21,441 bases of DNA, from the IMG/VR virus record IMGVR_UViG_2695420728_000017; one strand, written 5' to 3'. The notes under the pieces were generated by a model. It worked only from the letters and a program-made list of their open reading frames with translations. It searched no databases and was not told where the DNA came from. The DNA comes from a virus. Its lineage: Duplodnaviria; Heunggongvirae; Uroviricota; Caudoviricetes. Positions 7,433 to 15,330 of this stretch are shown here, one piece after another. How positions within the stretch are numbered: the stretch's first letter is position 1; every line of letters starts with the position of its first letter. The position numbers and the translations under genes were made by a program.

Positions 7433-8428
7433 TCAGGCCAGCACGCCTATTGCCAGCGCACGATCGATAAAACGAAATATCAGCTCCAGCTGGGAGCCAT
7501 ACTTCTCTTCAAATGCCACGGTATCCGCATGCAGCTCGTCGTGATGCTTTCTGCACAAAGGCAACACAAAGAGGTCATGCGCTTTTGTAGCCATTCCACC
7601 CTGACCGTGACCTATCAGGTGGTGGGGATCATCAGCAGGCTTTCCACAACATGCGCACGGCTGCGTCTTAACCCAGCGCGTGTACTTTTCATTAACCCAG
7701 CGGCGACGTTTTGGGCGTAACATAAAAGACTCCGGCGACTCCGGATCCACTTTCAGCGCCAGCACCTTTTTTGCCTTATCCTGGATGATGCTGGTGGCAG
7801 GAACCGAAGGCACAAGGTCACTTTCCCGGGTGACAGACGGCACAACAGGCTTTGGTAATCTCAGTGCCTTACGGGCTGCACTTTCCGGTAAGACATCCGC
7901 CAGGTCATTACGAATCAGCCACCAGCACAGTTCCGGCATTGTCACAACGTGACTATCATCAAAACCGAGATCCCGACGCACAACAGACAACACCCAGCGG
8001 GCACAGTTATCCGTTGCCATTGATTCCAGTCGTTCCGTGAACTGATCGCGCAGCTGGTTATCGCAGTGCCAGCACAGACGGATTGCGCCCGGCGCGTGCC
8101 GCATTGTTGTCATGTTCTCGCTGTGCCAGTCGGAATGAGGCCACTGGCAGCCTTTTTCACGAAGTAACCAGCTTTCAAGACATTCCACGCCACCAGCACG
8201 ACGGATCACTGCCTCATTGCGGAACACGGCCCGAACGGCAGGATCATCCGCCAGCGGTTGTGATGCCGCCGGTACGGCACCACTGGCGAAAGATGAATAA
8301 CGTTCCGGCTCAGGCTCCAACAGGACACGCCCCTGCATAAACAGGGGCATCAGCTCTGAACCTGGTCTGAACAATACGATCCCCATACGCGGGGCAATTT
8401 CAGGGGTCAGTAGTGCTCTCACGGTCAC
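7433..8428 (-). CDS. DUF968-family prophage protein (YdfU-like; C-terminal Cys/His HNH-like motif)
   Basis: 331-aa ORF, GTG start abutting the upstream stop; C-terminus QPCACCGKPADDPHHLIGHGQGG…CRKHHDELH. Typical position between rusA/kilA-N and Q. Confidence 0.5.
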   Translation of the reverse strand: MTVRALLTPEIAPRMGIVLFRPGSELMPLFMQGRVLLEPEPERYSSFASGAVPAASQPLADDPAVRAVFRNEAVIRRAGGVECLESWLLREKGCQWPHSDWHSENMTTMRHAPGAIRLCWHCDNQLRDQFTERLESMATDNCARWVLSVVRRDLGFDDSHVVTMPELCWWLIRNDLADVLPESAARKALRLPKPVVPSVTRESDLVPSVPATSIIQDKAKKVLALKVDPESPESFMLRPKRRRWVNEKYTRWVKTQPCACCGKPADDPHHLIGHGQGGMATKAHDLFVLPLCRKHHDELHADTVAFEEKYGSQLELIFRFIDRALAIGVLA

Positions 8429-8429
8429 C

Positions 8430-9239
8430 TCAATGAACGGTATCGAGCAGCTTTAACAGCTCAGGGAATCGGGATTCGAAGAAATGCGGCTGCGTCTCGC
8501 GCGGATTTGCAGGACTGGTGATGTTCTTGCCGAACATGCAGCCTTTCGCGGTCAGCGACCAGAATTTTTTGATGTTGTTAATCGCGGTACGACTGTATCG
8601 TTCGCGTTGTTCAACGATCCCCAGCTTCGCCATCTGGTGATATGCCTGATTAGCTGTCAGGCGGATACCATACTGCTTCAGCAGTGCACTCAGTGACAGC
8701 GTGGGGCGGCTTGAGCCATCAGGCGCGTCAGCAGGAGCATCAATGGCATAGCGCGGTGCCAGATTCGGTAAGCCAACAGCCTCCTGGAGTTTCTGACAGG
8801 CACCAAGCACTGAAGAGTTAGACAGGTTTAATTCCCGGCGCATAAAGTCCAGCAGAATCACACCAGCCTGCATCTTGTCAGCAGCCTGTCCGGATAATTT
8901 TTCCGGTGCGCTGGTTACCATGTCGAAAGTACGGATCACCTTCAGATGGAATGACGGGCTGATCCACATTGCATAGGCATACACCAGTTCCTTGCAGACA
9001 TACGTTCCCCGTTCATTTCCCCCATGAATCACACTCACCGGGTCAACACCCAAATTCTGGGTGTTGGTCAATTCATGAACAAGCTCAACAGTTTGTTGGC
9101 TGGAAAGAAACTTTCCTGGCTCCTTGGTTCTGGCATTTGCACCAGATGCTACTGCTGCGCGATGTAGATCGTTCAGGCTGTAACGCCCATAAACATCACG
9201 ACGAACTTCAATACCATCAATGACCATCAGATTATTCAT
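8430..9239 (-). CDS. KilA-N domain protein (antirepressor-like)
   Basis: ATG at 9237-9239 with GAGGAG RBS 9 nt upstream; N-terminus MNNLMVIDGIEVRRDVYGRYSLNDLHRAAV…YVCKELVYAYAMWISPSFHLKV is KilA-N-like. Confidence 0.55.
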   Translation of the reverse strand: MNNLMVIDGIEVRRDVYGRYSLNDLHRAAVASGANARTKEPGKFLSSQQTVELVHELTNTQNLGVDPVSVIHGGNERGTYVCKELVYAYAMWISPSFHLKVIRTFDMVTSAPEKLSGQAADKMQAGVILLDFMRRELNLSNSSVLGACQKLQEAVGLPNLAPRYAIDAPADAPDGSSRPTLSLSALLKQYGIRLTANQAYHQMAKLGIVEQRERYSRTAINNIKKFWSLTAKGCMFGKNITSPANPRETQPHFFESRFPELLKLLDTVH

Positions 9240-9258
9240 ACTTCGTTTCTCCTCTTGA

Positions 9259-9648
9259 TCAGGCGGCTGCACCCGCCGTTTTCTCGTACTTACTGATAGT
9301 GATCTCGACCTTCCCTTTCGGGATAACCGGTCCCCACTCCACCAGCATTCTTTTCACCTGACTGTCGTCTTCCCACACACCCGCGTGGGTCAGGGCGTCA
9401 AACAGCGCCTTGTTATAGTTGTCCAGATCGCGGATCCTGTTATCCGGAGGAAACAACACGATCTCCACTGAAGCAGGTGCCGACGTTGGTTTCGGCAGAC
9501 GACGTAACTGCTCAATGATGGCGGCACACGCCGCGCTCTGAAATTTTCGCCCCGCCTCGCTTATCAGGCTCTTACCAGCAAATGCCCCTTTGTTGGGGTG
9601 TCGCCAGTACGTGTTCACGCTGGGCGGAAAAGGCAGTATTAGCTTCAT
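9259..9648 (-). CDS. rusA: Holliday-junction resolvase RusA
   Basis: 129 aa; LPFPPSVNTYWRH and RIRDLDNYNKALFDALTHAGVWEDDSQV align with the E. coli RusA blocks (PPSNNRYYRH; RDLDN…FDALT…DDAQV). Its ATG overlaps the stop of the upstream MTase (ATGA). Confidence 0.8.
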   Translation of the reverse strand: MKLILPFPPSVNTYWRHPNKGAFAGKSLISEAGRKFQSAACAAIIEQLRRLPKPTSAPASVEIVLFPPDNRIRDLDNYNKALFDALTHAGVWEDDSQVKRMLVEWGPVIPKGKVEITISKYEKTAGAAA

Positions 9649-10298
9649 GCCACCATCTCCCTGACCAGTTTTTCCGCCTGCTGGCGAACCTGCGCCAGAA
9701 ATGCCTCACCACATGCCTCAAGTTCATCGCGCCCGATGTAGCTGATTGCCGGTCCCTTCCAGGTCTTGTCGAAAACAGCAATAGCACCAGCGAAGAAAGC
9801 ACCTGTTGGCACCTGCTTTTCGTCTTTCGGGATAAACCAGGCAGGCAGTTCAAAACCAATACGCCCGCGAATAAAAGCAATATGATCTGCATCTTCCGGC
9901 CACCACACTTCGCTGGTGGCAGCTTTGATCAGGAAAACATAGCGCCCGCCTTTATCACGCATGGCACTGGCATGCTTCATGATGTAACGCATGCCGGTGA
10001 TGTATTGCCCCTCATGCTGACTGGCGCGGCTGTACGGGGGATTGCCAAAGGCAGCACCTTTAAGCTCCGCAAGACGTTCTGACCAGTCATGCGCCAGCGC
10101 GTTGTCTTCCGCCGTGTAATACGCGGCACATTTGGCGTTATCACCGTCAGTGAACAGATCCAGAACAAACGGACCAAACAAGGTGTTAATTCCCCAGAAA
10201 ATGTTGTCCGGCGTGCGCCACTGATCGCCCACTTCCTTCAGTTCATGGGCTGGTTTGTTCCGCAGTTCTACCAGCGCCTGGCAATATTTATTACTCAT
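9645..10298 (-). CDS. phage-type DNA N6-adenine methyltransferase (orphan, Dam-like)
   Basis: 217 aa with FGNPPYS, a (D/N)PPY motif IV, and typical phage Dam-family length. No adjacent restriction endonuclease gene. Confidence 0.7.
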   Translation of the reverse strand: MSNKYCQALVELRNKPAHELKEVGDQWRTPDNIFWGINTLFGPFVLDLFTDGDNAKCAAYYTAEDNALAHDWSERLAELKGAAFGNPPYSRASQHEGQYITGMRYIMKHASAMRDKGGRYVFLIKAATSEVWWPEDADHIAFIRGRIGFELPAWFIPKDEKQVPTGAFFAGAIAVFDKTWKGPAISYIGRDELEACGEAFLAQVRQQAEKLVREMVA

Positions 10299-10390
10299 TA
10301 AGCCCCCACGTAAAAAGCATCCGCAATGTCTCCGGAAGTACAGCCCGGATGGGCTTCAATGAATTTCTGAACGTCATTTAACAGACTCAT
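10298..10390 (-). CDS. small hypothetical protein (30 aa), translationally coupled
   Basis: ATG at 10388-10390 (GGGGGTG upstream) to TAA at 10298-10300: MSLLNDVQKFIEAHPGCTSGDIADAFYVGA. Its stop overlaps the MTase ATG (TAATG) and it begins 2 nt after the O-like stop. Not in ORF track. Confidence 0.25.
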   Translation of the reverse strand: MSLLNDVQKFIEAHPGCTSGDIADAFYVGA

Positions 10391-10392
10391 GA

Positions 10393-11211
10393 TCACCCCC
10401 TGAATCCTGCCGGGATCTGGCTGTAGTCCACGTTGTCGTAACTGGCTTTGAAGTACGGGTCCTCGCGTCTGGCTGCAGATACCGCAGGAACTTCCCAGGA
10501 CTCTTCGAAATGACGATCCGGGCCAAAGAACGTGACAGCCTGTTTCACAAATTGTGTGCCGCTGTTACCCATCGCAGATACCCAGCCCGCGTAGCGTTTC
10601 ACACCTTCCAGCATGGTTTCGGGTTTTACCCCCTCATTCAAACGGGCTTTCCAGGCTTTGAAGGCTGCAGATTTTGAATTGCCACCAGCACGTTTGGGGT
10701 ATGCCAGCCATGCCTGCTCAAACTCCGGAGAGTATTCCGGTCGGTTTGAACGAACTCGCACAGACTCATCAGCAGATGCACCAACAGCTATTGGTTCATT
10801 GACTGGTTCTTTGACTGGTTCAAAAGAGTGACTGGTTCTGGGTGAATCTCCTGCACCACCCCCTGGTGCAACTCCTGCACTACCTGGTGAATTTGCTGCA
10901 CCAGATAGTGAATTATTTGCACTACCCCCTAGTGAATCTCCTGCACCATCAAGATGAAGGAGATAGATATTACTTGAGTTACCTTTTTCACCTTTCCGGG
11001 TGACTTTTTTTACCAGTCCGGAATCACAAAGAGCCGCAATATGATTCATCACAGAACGTTTGCTAATCTCGCACTGGTCAGCAATATGCTGGTAGCTGGG
11101 CCAGCACTCACCCTGATCGCTGGCATTATCAGCCAGCTTGATCAGAACCAGTTTTCGCAATGGATTACCCACTCGAATTTTCATCGCTTTAACCATCAGC
11201 TCCATACTCAT
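10393..11211 (-). CDS. replication initiator, lambda O-like (N-terminal HTH, Gly/Ser/Pro linker encoded by iterons)
   Basis: 272 aa; N-terminal HTH (…SYQHIADQCEISKRSVMNHIAALCDSGLV…); the central linker GDSLGGSANNSLSGAANSPGSAGVAPGGGAGDSP is encoded by direct DNA repeats, as for the lambda O gene that contains ori. Confidence 0.55.
   Translation of the reverse strand: MSMELMVKAMKIRVGNPLRKLVLIKLADNASDQGECWPSYQHIADQCEISKRSVMNHIAALCDSGLVKKVTRKGEKGNSSNIYLLHLDGAGDSLGGSANNSLSGAANSPGSAGVAPGGGAGDSPRTSHSFEPVKEPVNEPIAVGASADESVRVRSNRPEYSPEFEQAWLAYPKRAGGNSKSAAFKAWKARLNEGVKPETMLEGVKRYAGWVSAMGNSGTQFVKQAVTFFGPDRHFEESWEVPAVSAARREDPYFKASYDNVDYSQIPAGFRG
10841..10950. repeat. five imperfect ~21-bp direct repeats with internal dyad symmetry (candidate origin iterons), inside the O-like gene
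   Basis: Units about GGTGAATCTCCTGCACCA at 10841-10862, 10864-10884, 10885-10907, 10908-10929, 10930-10950; e.g. TGGTGCA-ACTCC-TGCACTA. A second set TGACTGGTTC x3 lies at 10801-10838. Confidence 0.45.
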
Positions 11212-11432
11212 GCTGCACCTCCGAGATGCTTCATGTTTTTTCCGGAGCGAAAGGCTATAAGCGGCATACTGACGCGGTAATTACGGCCAAGCGGTTCACA
11301 AATCACCTTCTGACATTCACGGTCAACCAGGCTAACACGTAGAACATGCCCTGCAGGTGTGGTGTACCACTGACCCGGACGAGGACAACGGAAAGTCTGA
11401 TTGGTAAACCGTTTGAAAATATTCCGGATCAT
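11208..11432 (-). CDS. hypothetical protein (74 aa)
   Basis: Its ATG overlaps the Rha stop (ATGA at 11429-11432) and its stop overlaps the O-like ATG (ATGA at 11208-11211). No family recognised. Confidence 0.4.
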   Translation of the reverse strand: MIRNIFKRFTNQTFRCPRPGQWYTTPAGHVLRVSLVDRECQKVICEPLGRNYRVSMPLIAFRSGKNMKHLGGAA

Positions 11433-11986
11433 TTGCGCCCCCTTACCTCTGAAGGGTTCAGCGACAAATTTATGAGGCAGGCCAGCGCCGAAGCATCATT
11501 AATATAATCATATAAGCTAACAGCCAGCGGAGATTCAGCTTTTGCCAACATAGGATAAAGCTGCTGCAGCCAGACCTTGTGGATTACCGACAGGTGGGAG
11601 TAAAGCACGCTGGCGTTATCTGCGGCATCGCTCAGCGTGGATGGCTTTGAAAGCAGTTTTTCCATCTGGTTAAAGGCATTGATGTATGCCTCTTTGAACC
11701 GGGCAGCACGTTTACCCGTGAAACCCATAGCAAGAAACGCAAAACCGTCTCGTGTGATTTGATAGCAAGGGAGCTTGCGTGTACCACCGTTCGGTTGATT
11801 TACCGAAATCGATGTCTCCGCAAAATTGCGGGCACAAAACTCAGGGGAACAATCCAGAGTGCGGATCTTTTTCAGCACATCGTCGTGACGCTTGGAGAAG
11901 AAGTTGGCAACAGCCAAAGAAGTGGTAACGGCCTGGCCGTTGTCAATGGTGATTTCAGGTTGAGTGAGGGCTTGGATCGTAGCCAT
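11429..11986 (-). CDS. phage regulatory protein Rha
   Basis: ATG at 11984-11986 with GGAGG 8 nt upstream; MATIQALTQPEITIDNGQAVTTSLAVANFFSKRHDDVLKKI…KLPCYQITRDGFAFLAMGFTGKRAARFKEAYINAFNQME is a canonical Rha N-terminal domain (185 aa). Confidence 0.7.
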   Translation of the reverse strand: MATIQALTQPEITIDNGQAVTTSLAVANFFSKRHDDVLKKIRTLDCSPEFCARNFAETSISVNQPNGGTRKLPCYQITRDGFAFLAMGFTGKRAARFKEAYINAFNQMEKLLSKPSTLSDAADNASVLYSHLSVIHKVWLQQLYPMLAKAESPLAVSLYDYINDASALACLINLSLNPSEVRGRK

Positions 11987-12589
11987 GATGGCAGCCTCCG
12001 TTGACAGTGAAAAACTTCCACCACCGGAAACGCCAATTTCACTGGTGGTGAACTGGACGGGGTTGGCGTAACCGGCGTCAACGGAGACCGGCGCACCTTT
12101 CGGTGCCCCCGCCCAGCCCACCATAATCTGGATGTGAGCAAATGCGGACGATAAAAAAGACGCTGGCGCGTCATACATCGCCGTTGACAATTTCAGGACG
12201 CCAATCCCGGCACCCGCTTTATAAGGTGCCTGAACAGTGTAACGTCCCGGAATTGCAGAGTCAATATGCTGGTGGTCCTTCACACTCAACAAAATCACGC
12301 CTGAATTTCCACAAAGGACTAAAGCACTCATGCGGGTAGTCTTTGCGAAGATAGATAACGCGCTGTGTTTCTGGCTCCCAACGAATAACATGAACATAAA
12401 GTCCTCTTCCGTCACGAAACCAGCGGTTAAGTTCCTGCACAACTCGCCCCCCACAGTCAGGTAAAGTTCTCTGTGGTTACTTACAGCCAGGTGATTTGGT
12501 AATCTGCATTCATGCCGTAACAACAGGTGTGCAGCGACACTGACCACCAGCTGTTGCGACAAACGGTTATTTGCCGTTAAACTGTTCAT
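11987..12589 (-). CDS. unassigned 201-codon open frame, in frame with and directly upstream of Rha (possible separate gene or N-terminal extension)
   Basis: ATG at 12587-12589 overlaps the stop of the upstream YdaT-like gene (ATGA) and has GGAGA about 10 nt upstream. The frame stays open for 201 codons into the Rha ATG while the other two minus frames are full of stops (hand translation). No family recognised; composition is unusual. Confidence 0.3.
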
Positions 12590-13137
12590 GCGTTAGTTTC
12601 TCCACAGACACAAAACGCCACGACGCCCGGAGCTGCACACTCGCGGGCGTTACTCTTTTCTGGAGCGCAGAAGATTTTGTAGACCAGTGCTGCATGCTCC
12701 TGGAGCTTCGAAATTGACAGATACAACTCATCATTAATTGCTGTCTGCTCGTGTGGCTCCACTACCCCATCTTCGATTGCCGAACGAATCTGCTTTGAGT
12801 AACTCCCGATCTGTTCGATGACTTCCAGCAGGCGCTGGTTTATATCGGCGTTCTCTACTTCCTCAATTTCTGGAAGTGATACAAACACCCCACCAGCAGA
12901 CTGTGCGACAGCATCCGCAATGTGGTGAGTACCAGCCGCACGCTGTAAAACCATTGCCCATCCCAACGGAAAAAACTGATCGCCATCGGCACGAAGGCGG
13001 TTGAATAAAGCGTTCTCTGTTACATCCAGCCACTCAGCAGCTTCAGCGTAACCCCCCGGCAACGCCGCGATAGTTTTTCTGACAGCTTTCACGTACCACT
13101 CAGGCTGTTTTTCCACTTTCCAGTGATGCTTACCCAC
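12586..13137 (-). CDS. YdaT-like / phage CII-type regulatory protein
   Basis: 183-aa ORF (GTG start) immediately after the Cro-like gene, the position and size class of ydaT in Rac-type immunity regions. Family call is from memory only. Confidence 0.4.
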   Translation of the reverse strand: MGKHHWKVEKQPEWYVKAVRKTIAALPGGYAEAAEWLDVTENALFNRLRADGDQFFPLGWAMVLQRAAGTHHIADAVAQSAGGVFVSLPEIEEVENADINQRLLEVIEQIGSYSKQIRSAIEDGVVEPHEQTAINDELYLSISKLQEHAALVYKIFCAPEKSNARECAAPGVVAFCVCGETNA

Positions 13138-13390
13138 GGCTTACCTCCTGTTCCTGTGGTTTTAACTCATTCCGGTTTTGACTAGATTGAAAGCGTGCAG
13201 GATAGAGAATCTGCATTTCGCTGATTTCTCCCTTAAAAAAATTGGCCAGACGTTCTGCAAGCTCGATAGATGGAATTTGTTCCAGTCTTTCAATACGACT
13301 CAGCGTCGCTGGATTGACCTGAACGCCCGCAGCAACATGCTGCAAAGTAAATCCGTGCGCCTTACGCACATTCCGTAATGGTGATTGCAT
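13130..13390 (-). CDS. Cro-like HTH regulator (YdaS-like), divergent from the CI-like repressor
   Basis: 86 aa with an XRE-type HTH (…HVAAGVQVNPATLSRIERLEQ…). ATG at 13388-13390, 97 bp from the divergent repressor ATG. Confidence 0.65.
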   Translation of the reverse strand: MQSPLRNVRKAHGFTLQHVAAGVQVNPATLSRIERLEQIPSIELAERLANFFKGEISEMQILYPARFQSSQNRNELKPQEQEVSRG

Positions 13391-13404
13391 ATAACCTCCA
13401 CATA

Positions 13405-13467
13405 TTGCGTGATGAGCATATTATTTCACGCAAATATTTTGCGCAAGTTGATTTGCTTAACGCGCAA
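13405..13467. promoter_or_regulatory. OR-type operator cluster between cro-like and cI-like genes
   Basis: Three dyad sites sharing TTGC…GCAA half-sites: TTGCGTGA-N13-TCACGCAA (13405-13433), TTGCGCAA (13439-13446), TTGCTTAACGCGCAA (13453-13467). Confidence 0.5.
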
Positions 13468-13487
13468 TAAAGAAATGTAATAAACGC

Positions 13488-14180
13488 ATGAACATAGGAA
13501 ATCGAGTCAGACAACTTCGCCAGGCGAAGAACATGAAAATCGCCGATCTCGCTGAAGCAATAGGAGTGGATGCGGCGAATATCTCGCGCCTCGAAACAGG
13601 TAAGCAGAAACAATTCACTGAACAAGCCCTGAGTAATATTGCCAGGAGCTTAGGTGTTGATATTGCTGATCTCTTTACCTCAGACTTCAAAAGTAATACT
13701 GTATGTAAAAACAGTATTAGTGAGGATATTGCGCAGGTGAAGGATGTATTCCGTATTGAAATGCTGGATATCAGTGCCAGTGCGGGAAATGGCCTTATCC
13801 AGGGCGGAGATGTCATTGATGTGATTCATGCCATTGAATACAGAACTGATAATGCTGTATCGATGTTTGGCGGACGGCCAGCAAATCACATTAAAGTTAT
13901 CAACGTTCGTGGGGACAGTATGTGTCCAACCATTGAGCCAGGAGATCTCATCTTCGTTGATGTCAGTATCAATCAGTTTGATGGAGATGGTATCTATGTA
14001 TTTGGTTTTGATGATAAAATTTATGTCAAACGACTGCAAATGATACCTGACAAACTACTGGTGATTTCTGATAACCAGATTTATCGTGAATGGGGAATTA
14101 CCAGCGAAAATGAACACCGGTTTATGGTCTTTGGAAAGGTCTTAATCAGCCAGTCACAAACCCTTAAGCGACACAATTAA
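13488..14180 (+). CDS. CI-like prophage repressor (N-terminal HTH plus C-terminal S24/LexA-type autopeptidase)
   Basis: 230 aa; HTH KIADLAEAIGVDAANISRLETGK; peptidase block GDSMCPTIEPGDLIFVD with downstream Lys (KIYVKRL), i.e. the Ser-Lys dyad of RecA-stimulated self-cleaving repressors. Confidence 0.85.
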   Translation: MNIGNRVRQLRQAKNMKIADLAEAIGVDAANISRLETGKQKQFTEQALSNIARSLGVDIADLFTSDFKSNTVCKNSISEDIAQVKDVFRIEMLDISASAGNGLIQGGDVIDVIHAIEYRTDNAVSMFGGRPANHIKVINVRGDSMCPTIEPGDLIFVDVSINQFDGDGIYVFGFDDKIYVKRLQMIPDKLLVISDNQIYREWGITSENEHRFMVFGKVLISQSQTLKRHN

Positions 14181-14200
14181 CCCTTACCTCCTCATCAATT

Positions 14201-14226
14201 AGCCACCCGAAGGTGGCTTTTCATTA
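14201..14226 (+). terminator. intrinsic terminator after the repressor gene
   Basis: Stem AGCCACC/GGTGGCT with CGAA loop followed by TTTTCATT, 20 nt after the cI stop. Confidence 0.5.
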
Positions 14227-14235
14227 CCCATCAAA

Positions 14236-14288
14236 TTGCATATCTCGCAACAAAAATACTTGCATAATACGCAACTTCATTTTATCTT
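14236..14288 (+). promoter_or_regulatory. OL-type operators overlapping a candidate pL promoter
   Basis: Two 15-bp sites matching the OR motif: TTGCATATCTCGCAA (14236-14250) and TTGCATAATACGCAA (14260-14274). Candidate -35 TTGCAT (14260-14265), 17-nt spacer, -10 TATCTT (14283-14288). Confidence 0.35.
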
Positions 14289-14719
14289 TCTTTCCAGACC
14301 AACAAACAAGGTACTAACAAAATTTGGTTGTAACACGGCGTATGGCACATGCGTCGTTAGCGGTCTGGGGACGTTAAAGGGGACAATCCACTCCTTGCTC
14401 GGGCAAACAAACCAGGTAGCCGGAATGTGCAAGTCAATGATGATGCTGATAAGACGCCTAACCAGCGTGGCGATTCGGTTTGACGCCTGGGAAGAGACCA
14501 GGGTGCAACTATGAGGGCATTTATGGAACCGCGACAAAGTGTGGTGCCGTAACTGGCTAAGTGCTCTCAGCGTTGTGGTGAATGCGCAGGCTGATGCGCG
14601 AAAGACATTGCAGCTATTGCGGAAAAGAGCTGTTCGGCGGGGCAATTAAATGCCCGTGAGAGTCTGAAATAACCGCAAGCCGGAGATCATCACCGATCAC
14701 CACAACAGCCACTGCTTTG

Positions 14720-14766
14720 GCGGTACCAGTTTGTACACTTGCTTCCGGCTGGTACCGCTCTTTTTA
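14720..14766 (+). terminator. intrinsic terminator in the early-left leader (tL-like); 3' side resembles boxA
   Basis: Perfect 10-bp stem GCGGTACCAG/CTGGTACCGC with 19-nt loop, followed by TCTTTTT. The 3' arm plus U-tract reads CGCTCTTTTTA, like the nut boxA consensus CGCTCTT(T)A. Confidence 0.5.
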
Positions 14767-14902
14767 CAAAACAGAGAAGAGCATCACCGGACGACGGGCT
14801 CATAACCCAATCCATCCGGGCGGCTGCCACCGCAGGTGTTCTTCTCTGTTTTGTGGAGAAACCAACCGACCTTGCAGGGTCGATATGATGAGGAGCAGCA
14901 AA

Positions 14903-15265
14903 ATGGCTAGCGAACGCAGTACTGATGTGCAGGCATTTATCGGGGAGCTGGACGGCGGCGTATTTGAAACCAAAATCGGCGCAGTTCTCAGTGAAGTCGC
15001 TTCCGGTGTGATGAACACGAAAACCAAAGGTAAGGTCTCACTCAACCTGGAAATCGAACCATTTGATGAGAACCGTGTGAAAATCAAACACAAACTCTCA
15101 TATGTTCGCCCGACTAACCGCGGGAAAATTTCCGAAGAAGACACCACCGAAACGCCGATGTATGTCAATCGCGGTGGTCGCCTGACTATTCTGCAGGAAG
15201 ACCAGGGACAATTACTGACTCTTGCCGGTGAACCTGACGGAAAACTACGCGCAGCAGGTCATTAA
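14903..15265 (+). CDS. YfdP-like hypothetical protein (120 aa)
   Basis: ATG at 14903 with AGGAG 8 nt upstream (MASERSTDVQAF…); the 120-aa size and the following 274/178/120-aa genes match the K-12 CPS-53 yfdP-yfdQ-yfdR-yfdS series as I recall it. The ORF-track N-terminal extension runs through terminator hairpins. Confidence 0.5.
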   Translation: MASERSTDVQAFIGELDGGVFETKIGAVLSEVASGVMNTKTKGKVSLNLEIEPFDENRVKIKHKLSYVRPTNRGKISEEDTTETPMYVNRGGRLTILQEDQGQLLTLAGEPDGKLRAAGH

Positions 15266-15330
15266 TATCGTTCTTAATTAACTGATTATTTATCTCATCA
15301 CTGAATATCTTTATATAGTGAGGACTTATT

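Noticed and set aside
9582-10082. 166-aa plus-strand ORF
   Set aside because: Lies entirely antisense to the well-supported Dam-MTase and RusA genes, with no RBS. Treated as an antisense artefact, as are 7340-7720(+), 7680-7952(+), 8083-8340(+), 8969-9223(+), 11041-11280(+), 13457-13816(-), 13680-14039(-), 14800-15168(-) and 19311-19639(-).
10791-10950. Possible CRISPR array (several about 21-bp direct repeats)
   Set aside because: Repeats are imperfect, directly adjacent with no spacers, and lie inside and in frame with the O-like ORF. They fit origin iterons, not CRISPR.
14236-14514. 92-aa plus-strand ORF and the overlapping 122-aa minus-strand ORF (14277-14645)
   Set aside because: The first starts at a TTG inside an operator-like site with no RBS. 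Neither has recognisable features, and the region is better explained as operator, promoter and leader.
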